From an uncultured virus (IMG/VR IMGVR_UViG_3300045743_000142) (Duplodnaviria > Heunggongvirae > Uroviricota > Caudoviricetes > Schitoviridae), in IMG/VR virus record IMGVR_UViG_3300045743_000142: a DNA stretch of 64,000 nt; one strand, given 5' to 3'. This document shows, piece after piece, positions 8,051-17,632 of the stretch. Numbering within the stretch: the stretch's first letter is position 1; the number at the start of each line of letters is the position of its first letter. The translations under genes were made by a program, and so were the position numbers. The notes beneath the pieces were generated by a model. It was not told the DNA's origin, searched no databases, and worked only from the letters and a program-made list of their open reading frames with translations.

Positions 8051-8851
8051 ATGCCGAGTAAATCTGTGTTGAGTATCCCGGACAATCTGGTGGGATTGCT
8101 GGCCGCTGCAGAAGCCAAACATGGATTGCCTACTGGCACCATGCACTCTGTGATGCAGCAGGAAGTTGGGGGTAACTTCAACAAGTTCCTGAATGACCCG
8201 GGCGCTTATCACTATGGTTTGAATGAATCAGGCCAACGGATCGCACCCCACAGTGGCAAGGTATCTACAGCCTTTGGTCCCTTTGGTATCACGGAGTCCA
8301 CGGCTGCAGATCCTGGCTTCGGGGTGAAACCCTTGGCTGACAAGAGTTTGCCCGAGCAAGTGCGGTTTGCTTCTGACTACCTGGCTGCTCGAAGCAAAGC
8401 AGGTGGTGGATTGCAAGCTGGCCTGGCTGGCTATGGTGAAGGAGCCAAGTACGCTCAGCAGGTGGTGTCTCGAGTCGGCGGCGGGCAGTCGCCACCCGAG
8501 GGGGTGGCACCTGCAGCTGCCTCCGCTCTACCCATGGTTGCCCAAGCTGCACCGGTGGCAGTAGCTGATAGCTCTCCTGCTCCTGTTGCACCTCCGGTGC
8601 AAACCCAAGTCGTGGTACCCGCTACGCCCCAAGCTGGGCCTCCTCCCATGGCTCAAGCGGATGCTTGGCAAGAGTTCCTGAAGAAGATGCCCCAAGCCAA
8701 GGAACCGGTGAACGTGGCAGACCTCAGCTATGGTGGTCAGGTACCTGAGTCCAACGTGGCTCCACAGTTCAGGTATCAGCCCACTGCTGCTCAGGTACCC
8801 AACTTCTCAGCGTTCGGTACCTGGGGGCCGCAGCGAGGCCGGGTTGCATGA
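8051..8851 (+). CDS. lytic transglycosylase (SLT-like) domain protein with Pro/Ala/Gln-rich tail
   Basis: AEAKHGLP..MQQEVGG (catalytic E), AFGPFGI, ASDYL, LAGYGEG follow the SLT motif order. Confidence 0.65.
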   Translation: MPSKSVLSIPDNLVGLLAAAEAKHGLPTGTMHSVMQQEVGGNFNKFLNDPGAYHYGLNESGQRIAPHSGKVSTAFGPFGITESTAADPGFGVKPLADKSLPEQVRFASDYLAARSKAGGGLQAGLAGYGEGAKYAQQVVSRVGGGQSPPEGVAPAAASALPMVAQAAPVAVADSSPAPVAPPVQTQVVVPATPQAGPPPMAQADAWQEFLKKMPQAKEPVNVADLSYGGQVPESNVAPQFRYQPTAAQVPNFSAFGTWGPQRGRVA

Positions 8852-10470
8852 GTGATCCAGTCGCAGAAGCTCTGGCTCCGTGGAAAGTTGAGGACTACCT
8901 CAACACCGCGGACTACTCGCACGATCCCAAGTACGTTCCGAGTGCCTTTGCACTGGAGTTTGTCACTTTCATCAAGCTGGTAAACGGTGCACAAGGTGAG
9001 GAGCACAAGACTCCACTGGTGCACTACCGGATGCTGGATACCCTGACCAAGGGGGGTAAGCGAGTCATCAACCTGTGTCACCGAGGCATCGCCAAAACCA
9101 CGGTGATGGGTGAGTACTTGTTCTTGTACATCGCTACCTACGGTGAGATCCCTGGCTTTGGCCGGGTGGACCTTGGTATCTATGTTTCCGACTCGATCGA
9201 GAACGGTGTCAAGAACATGCGGAAGAACCTGGAGTTCCGCTGGGAAAACTCCGATTTCCTGAAAGAGTATGTCCCTGAGATTCGGTTCACGGATATCCGG
9301 TGGGAGTTCAAGAACGCTGACGGCAAAGTCTTTGTGGTCAAAGGCTACGGAGCCAAGACCGGTGTCCGCGGTGCCAAGGAAATGGGCAAGCGGCCACAGA
9401 TTGCTGTGCTCGACGATTTGATCAGCGACGAAGATGCCCGATCGACCACGGTGATCTCTGCAGTGGAGGACACCGTCTACAAAGCGGTGACCTACGCCCT
9501 GCACCCGACCAAGAACATGATCATCTGGTCAGGGACTCCGTTCAACTCGAAGGACCCGCTATACAAGGCCGTTGAGTCTGGTGCTTGGAAAGTCAACGTC
9601 TTCCCGGTGTGCGAGGTGTTTCCTTGTGAGCCAGAAGATTTCAGAGGTTCCTGGCCTGACCGGTTTACCTATGAGTATGTCAAGGAACAATATGACACCG
9701 CGGTAAAGCTGGGGAAGGTAGATACCTTCAACCAAGAGCTGATGCTTCGAATCATGTCCGATGAAGACCGTCTGGTTCAGGACAGCGAGATTGGTTGGTA
9801 CAAGTTGGATGCGGTGCTCCGGAACAAGAGCCGCTTCAACTTCTATATCACGACAGACTTTGCTACCAGTGAGAAGCAGAAGTCTGACTACTCTTTCATC
9901 AGTGTCTGGGCCTACAACAATGTGGGTGACTGGCTCTGGGTAGATGGCATCTGCAAGCGTCAGCTCATGGACAAGAACGTCGATGACGTGTTCCGCCTGG
10001 CTCAGATGTACAAGCCTCAGCAAGTGGGCATCGAGATCTCCGGCCAGCAGAAGGGATTCATCTCCTGGATCCAGTCGCAAATGATGGAGCGCAACCAGTA
10101 CTTCACTCTGGCCAGTGAGCCAGACAGCAAAGAAGTCGGTCTGCGACCCAACACCAACAAGATGGTGCGATTCAACACCGTGGTTCCGTGGTTCAAGGCC
10201 CGGAAGATCTTCTTCCCGATCGAGCGGAAGACCGAGGCTCCCATGGTCGAAATGGTGAACGAGCTCAGCCTAGCTTCAGTTGGTGGCTTTAAGAGCAAGA
10301 ACGACGACGGTATCGACACCGTCTCTATGTTGTCTTCACTTCGTCCCTGGAAGCCTTCCGAGGAAGCGCCCATGGTGGAGTCAAGCAGCAAGCGTGGAAA
10401 TAACTCGGGTATGTGGGAACTGGATGTCGACGACTCCACCACAGATCGTATGGCTTCCTACATAGTGTGA
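8848..10470 (+). CDS. terminase large subunit (N4 gp68-like)
   Basis: CHRGIAKTT Walker A, VLDDL Walker B, TTDFA and NDDGIDT nuclease motifs. Confidence 0.93.
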   Translation: MSDPVAEALAPWKVEDYLNTADYSHDPKYVPSAFALEFVTFIKLVNGAQGEEHKTPLVHYRMLDTLTKGGKRVINLCHRGIAKTTVMGEYLFLYIATYGEIPGFGRVDLGIYVSDSIENGVKNMRKNLEFRWENSDFLKEYVPEIRFTDIRWEFKNADGKVFVVKGYGAKTGVRGAKEMGKRPQIAVLDDLISDEDARSTTVISAVEDTVYKAVTYALHPTKNMIIWSGTPFNSKDPLYKAVESGAWKVNVFPVCEVFPCEPEDFRGSWPDRFTYEYVKEQYDTAVKLGKVDTFNQELMLRIMSDEDRLVQDSEIGWYKLDAVLRNKSRFNFYITTDFATSEKQKSDYSFISVWAYNNVGDWLWVDGICKRQLMDKNVDDVFRLAQMYKPQQVGIEISGQQKGFISWIQSQMMERNQYFTLASEPDSKEVGLRPNTNKMVRFNTVVPWFKARKIFFPIERKTEAPMVEMVNELSLASVGGFKSKNDDGIDTVSMLSSLRPWKPSEEAPMVESSSKRGNNSGMWELDVDDSTTDRMASYIV

Positions 10471-10477
10471 GGTATCT

Positions 10478-11224
10478 ATGAAACTGCAAGAAGTGTTTGA
10501 TCAGTTGAGCAATGGTGAGTTTGTCCAACTGAGTATTGGGGGGGCAAGTGCTGGTGTCATTGACGACACCAACTATGCCCGGGTGCTGGGCCATGTCAAC
10601 CTGGGTATTACTGCGCTCTACAAACGGTTCAGTTTGAAAGAGGGCCGCTTGACTTTGGTGATCCAACCTGGGCTGCTGAACTACAAGCTGACCAGTGCCT
10701 ACGCGATCAGCAATACAGCTTCGATGCAACCTTCCCGGTACATCCAAGACAGTGCAAGTGAGCCGTTCACTGATGACATCATCAAGATTGGGCGTGTGGT
10801 CACAGACGCCGGCGTCGAGTTGGGTCTCAACGACGCAGCGGATGCGTACTCGGTGTTTACACCCAGTGCTCTGGCTCTGAGCCTTCCGGCTGAAGTGGTG
10901 ACTCCACTGCCTACGACGCCTCCGGAATACCGCACCAACAACTTGGTGGTGGTCTACTGGGCGAGTCATCCGAAGATCCTGATGGGTACAGGGGCCTTCG
11001 ATCCCAACCAAGTCAACTTGGAACTTCCAGAGACCCACTTGGAAGCGCTGCTGTACTACGTGGCAAGTCGGGTGCACACACCCATCGGGATGACCAACGA
11101 GTTCAACGCCAGCAACAACTACTACGCGAAGTACGAGGCCGCATGCCAGGCCTTGGAAACCAAGGGTCTGCAGGTTGACCAGGACAGTCAGAACAGTCGG
11201 CTCGTGCGGAACGGTTGGGTCTGA
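10478..11224 (+). CDS. N4 gp67-like head-tail adaptor protein
   Basis: VNLGITALYKRF, LEALLYYVASR, C-terminal RNGWV; synteny after TerL. Confidence 0.75.
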   Translation: MKLQEVFDQLSNGEFVQLSIGGASAGVIDDTNYARVLGHVNLGITALYKRFSLKEGRLTLVIQPGLLNYKLTSAYAISNTASMQPSRYIQDSASEPFTDDIIKIGRVVTDAGVELGLNDAADAYSVFTPSALALSLPAEVVTPLPTTPPEYRTNNLVVVYWASHPKILMGTGAFDPNQVNLELPETHLEALLYYVASRVHTPIGMTNEFNASNNYYAKYEAACQALETKGLQVDQDSQNSRLVRNGWV

Positions 11225-11238
11225 ACATCCACACGTAG

Positions 11239-11264
11239 AAAAGGCCCCTTCTGGGGCCTTTTTT
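11239..11264. terminator. bidirectional terminator
   Basis: AAAAGGCCCC-TTCT-GGGGCCTTTTTT between convergent genes. Confidence 0.85.
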
Positions 11265-11278
11265 CATGTTGCAGTGGG

Positions 11279-11698
11279 TTACTGACCGGAGGAACCAAAG
11301 CCACCGGTGCCACGGGCAGTCTTGCTCACGGACTCGACCAGCTCGAGCTCCACGTCCCTGACGGGAATCACCAGGAACTGGAGGAGCCGATCGCCGGCTT
11401 GCCACTCGTACTGGCTTCCGCTTTTGGTTTTGAGAGCAGCCTTCCATTCACCGCGGTAATCCGAGTCGATCACCCCGCAGGTGTTGTTCAGTTCGAGGCC
11501 GAATTTGGCCCCGGTACTGGAGCGAGGGAGTATCAGCGCGACATACCCGGTGGGTACTTCTGCTGCGAATCCCAAGCCGATAATGGCTGAATCTCCACGC
11601 ACATAACCACCGGTTGGCATGTATATGTCGAAGGCTCCGGCTTGGTCGGAACCTTTTGTGGGCATAATGAAGGAAGTATGAAGGGGTTGAATACGCAT
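11279..11698 (-). CDS. dut: trimeric dUTPase
   Basis: AGAFDI, LPRSSTG, GVIDSDYRGE, LLQF, RGTGGFGSSG motifs. Confidence 0.95.
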   Translation of the reverse strand: MRIQPLHTSFIMPTKGSDQAGAFDIYMPTGGYVRGDSAIIGLGFAAEVPTGYVALILPRSSTGAKFGLELNNTCGVIDSDYRGEWKAALKTKSGSQYEWQAGDRLLQFLVIPVRDVELELVESVSKTARGTGGFGSSGQ

Positions 11699-11757
11699 AT
11701 TCGGACTCTTTCTGGTGTTGGTTTGAGGAATTGTAGCTACAAGGGCTTGCAACTACT

Positions 11758-13959
11758 ATGAACGAAGAACTTCTGGAAAAGGGTGTCGACACCGATGGTG
11801 ATGGTGACGACGCAAAAGAGGCAGGTGAGTGGAAAAACCCACCGACTCTGATTGCTCTGAAGCAGGACTTGACATACGCCACACCATTCCACCACACCCA
11901 TCGGGACAAAATCGGTGTTTGGTTGGACAACCTGCGTGGTACAGGTCAGGCGAAAGTCAAGACCCCAGATGGAAACTCGAAAGTAGTTCCCAAGCTGATT
12001 CGAAAACAGGCGGAATGGCGGTATGCAGCACTGAGTGAGCCGTTCCTCAGTACCGCTGACATCTTCAACGTCAAGCCAAAGACCTGGGAAGACCGTCAGG
12101 CTGCTCAGCAGAACAAGCTGCTGCTGAACTACCAGTTCAACTCGGCTATCGACAAGACCAAGTTTGTCGACGAGTACGTTCGTGCTGCTGTCGATGAAGG
12201 TACGGTCATCGTCAAAGTGGGCTGGCAGTTCGAAGAAGAAGAGTACCAGGCTGAAGTACCTGAAGTACGGTTCGTGGTGAACCCTGATTTCGCTCCAATG
12301 CACATGCAGCTGGAGCAGATGAAGGCTCAATCACCCAGTCAGTACCAGACGGACGTGCCTGATGAGCTGAAAGAGGCTCATGACCTGTCTGTGCAGTATG
12401 GGAAACCTATCGAGCCACAGGTCATTGGCAAGAAGATGGAGACCAAGACCCGTACGGTGCACAACCGACCCACCATCGAGGTCTGCGATTACCGAAATGT
12501 TCTCTTTGACCCCACCTGCATGGGGAATATGGAGAAGTGTGGCTTCGTCATCGAGACTTTCGAGACCTCCTTGGCTGAGTTGCGCAAGGACAAGCGCTAC
12601 AAGAACCTCGACAAGATCATCGTGGCAGGCAGTTCGATACTGGGCCAGCCTGACCACACGCCTGATGGTGGTACTCACAACTTCAACTTCACCGATGAGC
12701 CTCGCAAGAAGTTCATCGTTCACCAGTACTGGGGTTCCTGGGACATTGACAAGACCGGTAAGGTGAAGCCGATCGTCGTGGCTTGGGTGGGTGAGACCAT
12801 CATCCGTCAAGAAGAGAGCCCATTCCCTGACAAGCAGGTTCCGTTCGTGGTCGAACAGTATTTGCCGGTCCGTCGAGCCACCTATGGCGAGCCTGACGGT
12901 GCTTTGTTGGAGGACAACCAGCGGGTCATCGGTGCTGTGACTCGCGGGATGATCGACATCATGGGCAAGTCGGCCAATGGCCAGACCGGTGTGCGTCGAG
13001 ACATGCTTGACGTGACCAATCGCCGGAAATTCGACAAGGGTATGGACTACGAGTTCAATGCCAACGTTGACCCACGTGAAGGTGTGTTCATGCACACCTA
13101 CCCGGAGATCCCAAATTCAGCTCAATTCATGCTGCAGTTGCAGAACTTCGAAGCTGAGTCCCTCACCGGTGTGAAGTCCTACTCCCAAGGTGTTTCTGGC
13201 AACAGCCTGGGTGACGTGGCTGCTGGTGTGCGGGGTGCTTTGGACGCTGCATCCAAGCGGGAGCTGGGGATACTGCGCCGGCTGAGCAATGGCATCGTCA
13301 AAGTCGGTCGAAAGATGATGTCAATGAACGCGGAATTCCTTTCGGAAGAGGAAGTGGTCCGGGTTACCAACGACGAATTTGTTCCAGTTCGTCGAGATGA
13401 CCTTCAAGGACAGTTCGACCTCGAGCTTTCGATCTCCACGGCAGAGGAAGACAACAACAAGGCTGAACAACTGGCTTTCATGTTCCAGACCATTGGCCCG
13501 AATGGTGATCCGGGGATGACCAAGATGATCCTTTCGGACATTGCCCGTCTCCGAAAGATGCCTGACCTGGCCAAGAAGATAGAAGCGTTCCAGCCTACCC
13601 CTGATCCAGTGGCTCAGGAGAAAGCCCAGCTGGAAGTGGAGTTACTACGCGCACAGATTGCCCGTGAAAACGCCCAAGCTGCTCACTTTGGGGCCACCGC
13701 TCAACTGGCTGGAGCCAAGGTGGGTACCGAGTCGGTGAAGCAGGGGCATCTCCAGGCAGATACCGACAAGAAGAACCTGGACTTTGTGGAACAAGAGTCC
13801 GGAGTTACTCAAGAGCGGGCCAAAGAACTCCACGGTGCACAGGCTGAAAGCCAAACCAAACTGAAGTTGGTGGAGCACTCACTGAATCGTGATGAGAACG
13901 CCAAAGATAGGCATCATGAACTCGTGAAAGAGTATGTGAAATCCCGAGCGAAAAAATAG
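11758..13959 (+). CDS. portal protein (N4 gp59-like)
   Basis: PKLIRKQAEWRYAALSEPFL, YGEPDGALLEDNQ, ALDAASKRELGILRRL; 733 aa. Confidence 0.92.
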   Translation: MNEELLEKGVDTDGDGDDAKEAGEWKNPPTLIALKQDLTYATPFHHTHRDKIGVWLDNLRGTGQAKVKTPDGNSKVVPKLIRKQAEWRYAALSEPFLSTADIFNVKPKTWEDRQAAQQNKLLLNYQFNSAIDKTKFVDEYVRAAVDEGTVIVKVGWQFEEEEYQAEVPEVRFVVNPDFAPMHMQLEQMKAQSPSQYQTDVPDELKEAHDLSVQYGKPIEPQVIGKKMETKTRTVHNRPTIEVCDYRNVLFDPTCMGNMEKCGFVIETFETSLAELRKDKRYKNLDKIIVAGSSILGQPDHTPDGGTHNFNFTDEPRKKFIVHQYWGSWDIDKTGKVKPIVVAWVGETIIRQEESPFPDKQVPFVVEQYLPVRRATYGEPDGALLEDNQRVIGAVTRGMIDIMGKSANGQTGVRRDMLDVTNRRKFDKGMDYEFNANVDPREGVFMHTYPEIPNSAQFMLQLQNFEAESLTGVKSYSQGVSGNSLGDVAAGVRGALDAASKRELGILRRLSNGIVKVGRKMMSMNAEFLSEEEVVRVTNDEFVPVRRDDLQGQFDLELSISTAEEDNNKAEQLAFMFQTIGPNGDPGMTKMILSDIARLRKMPDLAKKIEAFQPTPDPVAQEKAQLEVELLRAQIARENAQAAHFGATAQLAGAKVGTESVKQGHLQADTDKKNLDFVEQESGVTQERAKELHGAQAESQTKLKLVEHSLNRDENAKDRHHELVKEYVKSRAKK

Positions 13960-14023
13960 GTGTATATTACGGGCCGGTAAGTAGGCCAGTATCTATTACC
14001 TCTTGAAAGCACTGATAGAAAAC

Positions 14024-14371
14024 ATGACACAAGACACCGTCCGAGAGATTGAAGAGAGTATCCAGCGCGACATGGAACATGTCGAATTGGGTAAGGCCCT
14101 GGAACGTCTGAAGTTCAACCGAGATTTCAAGGCGATCATCAGCGAAGGGTATCTCCAGAAGGAAGCGATTCGTCTGGTTCACCTGCGGGCTGATCCTGTC
14201 TTCACGACGCCTCAGAAACAGGCTGATGTGCTGGCTCAGATCGATGCCATCGGTGGCTTGCTGAGCTATTTCCGCACCTTGGCTCACAACGCCACTATTG
14301 CTGCCAAGGCAATCGGGTCTGCTGAAGCCATGCGTGAAGAGATCCTGGCTGAGGAGGCTCGCAATGAATGA
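14024..14371 (+). CDS. N4 gp58-like protein
   Basis: ALERLKFNRDFKAIISEGY; synteny between portal and gp57. Confidence 0.75.
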   Translation: MTQDTVREIEESIQRDMEHVELGKALERLKFNRDFKAIISEGYLQKEAIRLVHLRADPVFTTPQKQADVLAQIDAIGGLLSYFRTLAHNATIAAKAIGSAEAMREEILAEEARNE

Positions 14372-15551
14372 TCCAAAGTCATTCCTCGAGATGTCGGACG
14401 AGGAGCTGATGAACGCTCCGCCTCCGAAGTTCGAAGAGGTTGCTGAAACCGCTGAGACGACGACTCAGACCACCGGTGCCGCTGCTGAAGAAACTGACGA
14501 GACCGACAAGACTGCGGAAGTCACTGCTCCGGCTGCTGGTGCTCTGGCCAAACCCGACGATGAAGCCGATGACGAAGGCGACAAGGACGGCGACAAGCCG
14601 TCCGCGAAGCCTGCTGTCAAAACGACAGCAACGGATACCCCCGAAGTTGAAAAGACGGATGCTGAAAAGCCTCCTGTGGCTGACGACAACGCTGAAAAGC
14701 CTGCCGAACAGCCAGCCATCAACTACGAGGCTGAATACAAGCGTTTGTTGGCTCCATTCAAGGCCAATGGCCGCGACATCCAGGTGAACAACGTCGATGA
14801 CGCTGTGGCCTTGATGCAAATGGGGGCCAACTACAACAAGAAGATGGCCGCTCTGAAGCCGAACCTCAAGCTCATGAAAGTGCTTGAGAACAACGGCCTT
14901 CTGAGTGAGGAAAAGATTGACTTTCTGGTTGACCTGAGTAAGAAAGACCCAGGCGCAATCAGCAAGCTGGTGAAGGAAAGCGGCGTTGATCCGATGGATC
15001 TCGACGCTGAAAAGGCAAGCGCTTACAAGCGGACAGCTTACGCTGTTGACGATCGTGAGATGGAGCTGGATACGGTTCTGGACGACCTCCAAGGTTCGCC
15101 CACGTACACCCGGACGCTCGATGTGGTCAGCAATAAGTGGGACGTTGCAAGCAAGCAGACGGTTTCGCAAGCACCTCAACTGTTGAAGGTACTGAATGAC
15201 CACATGGCCAGTGGCATTTACGACCTGATCAGCACTGAGATCGAACGCGAACGGTTGTTTGGTCGCTTGAATGGTTTGTCTGACATCGAGGCCTACAAGC
15301 AGACCGGTGATGCGATCCAGGCACGTGGTGGCTTCAACCATCTGGTCAAAGACCAGGGGAAAGCTGCACCCAAAGCCCAGGAAGTCGTACCGCCGAAGCC
15401 CAAGGTTGTCGAAGACGACAAGCTGAAAGACAAAAGGCGAGCTGCAAGCTCCACGAAGACTGTTGGTTCTAGTTCCGCAGAAGAAGAGTTCAACCCTCTG
15501 GCGATGTCGGACGCTGAATTCAGCAAACGAGCAAAACCACGGTTCGCGTAA
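14364..15551 (+). CDS. N4 gp57-like protein (scaffold-like, often annotated tape measure)
   Basis: Acidic N-terminus, PFKANG, LMQMGANYNKKM, C-terminal NPLAMSDAEF; GAGGAGG RBS. Confidence 0.85.
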   Translation: MNDPKSFLEMSDEELMNAPPPKFEEVAETAETTTQTTGAAAEETDETDKTAEVTAPAAGALAKPDDEADDEGDKDGDKPSAKPAVKTTATDTPEVEKTDAEKPPVADDNAEKPAEQPAINYEAEYKRLLAPFKANGRDIQVNNVDDAVALMQMGANYNKKMAALKPNLKLMKVLENNGLLSEEKIDFLVDLSKKDPGAISKLVKESGVDPMDLDAEKASAYKRTAYAVDDREMELDTVLDDLQGSPTYTRTLDVVSNKWDVASKQTVSQAPQLLKVLNDHMASGIYDLISTEIERERLFGRLNGLSDIEAYKQTGDAIQARGGFNHLVKDQGKAAPKAQEVVPPKPKVVEDDKLKDKRRAASSTKTVGSSSAEEEFNPLAMSDAEFSKRAKPRFA

Positions 15552-15581
15552 TTCACACGAACCCACGAAAGGAAACGCAAC

Positions 15582-16979
15582 ATGAAGTTCGGCAATCCCG
15601 TTGGCGGTACCGCATCGAGCATCGGTACCCAGATCATCAACCAGTACTACCAGAAGAAGGCCCTCATTGGCGTTCTTCGTGAGCTGTACTTCAGCCAGTT
15701 GGCTGACGTGGCTTCCATGCCCAAGAACATGGGCAAGACCATCAAGCGCTACCTGTACTTGCCGGTGCTGTCCGACAGCAACATCAACGACCAGGGCATC
15801 GACGCTGCCGGCGCTGTGATCGACAGCACCAAGTACTACGCCACGTTGCCCAACCTGGTGGACACCTACGCTGTGTCGGCCAACGCTGACGCTGCTGTAG
15901 CTGCCATCAACGCCATCGAAGCTGGTGTTGCGGTGAAGACTGGTTCGGTCACGCCTTGGGCCGTCACGGTCAGCAAGAAGCAACTGATTGCCGCCACCCA
16001 GGCCCAGTCGGATGCGGTGGTCGCTGCGGTTCCTGGTTCTTTCGCTCGCCAAGCCTCGGGCAACCTGTACGGGCGCAGCAAAGACATCGGCACCATCGCT
16101 GGCAAGCTGCCGGTGCTGTCGGAAAACGGTGGTCGCGTCAACCGCGTTGGCTTCAAGCGCAAGGAACTGGTCGGTACGCTGACCAAGTTCGGTTTCTTCG
16201 ACGAGTACACCCAGGAAACGATGGACTTCGACACGGATGCTGAGCTCGCTGAGCACATCAACCGCGAGATGATCCGCGCTGCCACGTACATGACCGAAGA
16301 CGCGCTGCAAGTGGACCTGGTTACCCAAGCCAGTGTCATTCGCTACGCCGGCTCGGCTACGTCGAACATCACCTGCGGTGAGACCTCGCTCGTGTCGTAC
16401 AGCGACCTGATGCGTATGTCGATCGACCTGGACCAGAACCGCTGCCCGAAGAAGACCACGGTCATCACCGGCACTCGCATGGTCGACACCAAGACGATCC
16501 CGGCTTGCCGCGTGATCTACATGGGGTCGGAACTGCTGCCCACCGTGAAGGCCATGAAGGACCTGCACAACAACCCGGCCTTCATCTCGGTCGAGAAGTA
16601 CGCTGGTTCGGGTGGTGACACCTTCGCTGGTGAAGTCGGTGCCATCGACCACTTCCGCCTGATCGTCGTTCCCGAAATGACGAAGTGGGCTGGTGCTGGT
16701 GCGGACTCGACGGCCTCGGTGACGAGCTACTCGACCAACGGGCGCTACGACGTGTTCCCGATGCTGTGCGTGGGTGAAGAGAGCTTTGCCACGATCGGCT
16801 TCCAGACCGATGGCCAGACCGTGAAGTTCAAGATCACCCACCGTGCCCCGGGTGAAGAGAACGCCACGACGCTGGATCCGTTCGGCGAGACCGGCTTCAT
16901 GTCGATCAAGTGGTACTACGGCTTCATGGTGCTCCGTTCCGAGCGTCTGGCGCTGTTGAAGACGGTTGGTCGCCTGTAA
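15582..16979 (+). CDS. major capsid protein (N4 gp56-like)
   Basis: MPKNMGKTIK, NDQGIDA, GNLYGRSKDIG, ENGGRVNRVGF, DPFGETGFMSIKWYYG; strong codon bias. Confidence 0.95.
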   Translation: MKFGNPVGGTASSIGTQIINQYYQKKALIGVLRELYFSQLADVASMPKNMGKTIKRYLYLPVLSDSNINDQGIDAAGAVIDSTKYYATLPNLVDTYAVSANADAAVAAINAIEAGVAVKTGSVTPWAVTVSKKQLIAATQAQSDAVVAAVPGSFARQASGNLYGRSKDIGTIAGKLPVLSENGGRVNRVGFKRKELVGTLTKFGFFDEYTQETMDFDTDAELAEHINREMIRAATYMTEDALQVDLVTQASVIRYAGSATSNITCGETSLVSYSDLMRMSIDLDQNRCPKKTTVITGTRMVDTKTIPACRVIYMGSELLPTVKAMKDLHNNPAFISVEKYAGSGGDTFAGEVGAIDHFRLIVVPEMTKWAGAGADSTASVTSYSTNGRYDVFPMLCVGEESFATIGFQTDGQTVKFKITHRAPGEENATTLDPFGETGFMSIKWYYGFMVLRSERLALLKTVGRL

Positions 16980-16992
16980 AGCGAGCTGACTG

Positions 16993-17021
16993 AGGGGAGG
17001 GGCTAAGGCCTCTCCCCTTTT
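16993..17021 (+). terminator. intrinsic terminator after MCP
   Basis: AGGGGAGGGGC-TAAG-GCCTCTCCCCTTTT. Confidence 0.8.
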
Positions 17022-17045
17022 CACCTAAATCAAGGAAAACACACC

Positions 17046-17606
17046 ATGTCCGATGAGACCATCAACGTCACTCAAGACGAACTGACCACCCTGAAACAGC
17101 GTGCTGACATGCTGAACGTGAGCTACCACCCCTCTATCGGGGTCGAAAAGCTGCGTGAAAAGGTGGCTGCTGCCATTGCTGGCAAACCTGCTGAAACTGC
17201 TCCTGCACCGGTGGTTGCTCAGCCTGGCGAAGAGTCGGAGTTGCAGCGCCTGCAACGCCTGCGTCGTGAAGCCAACGAGCTGGTACGCATCCGACTCACC
17301 TGCATGAACCCCAACAAGAAGGAATGGGAAGGCGAGATCTTCAGTGTCGGCAACGCAGTCGTTGGCACCCTGAAGAAGTTTGTCCCGTTCAACACCGACG
17401 ATGGCTGGCACGTGCCGCGGATGATCTACGAGCAGTTGCTCGAGCGTCAGTGCCAGGTGTTTGTGACCTTGAAAAGCAAGAGTGGCACGTCCATCAAGGT
17501 GGGCAAGCTCATCAAGGAATTCGCCATCGAAGTGCTGCCTCCGCTGTCGCTGGACGAGTTGAAGGACCTGGCTCAACAGCAAGCCATGGCCAAGTCGATC
17601 GACTGA
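17046..17606 (+). CDS. N4 gp55-like protein
   Basis: LKQRADML..YHPSIGVEKLR, CMNPNKKEWEGEIF, EFAIEVLPPL. Confidence 0.8.
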   Translation: MSDETINVTQDELTTLKQRADMLNVSYHPSIGVEKLREKVAAAIAGKPAETAPAPVVAQPGEESELQRLQRLRREANELVRIRLTCMNPNKKEWEGEIFSVGNAVVGTLKKFVPFNTDDGWHVPRMIYEQLLERQCQVFVTLKSKSGTSIKVGKLIKEFAIEVLPPLSLDELKDLAQQQAMAKSID

Positions 17607-17632
17607 TCCTCGAAACAGAACTCAGGTAGCCC

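Noticed and set aside
14379..17024. 881-aa minus-strand ORF
   Set aside because: Antisense shadow of the gp57-like and capsid genes caused by codon bias; no RBS or recognisable motifs
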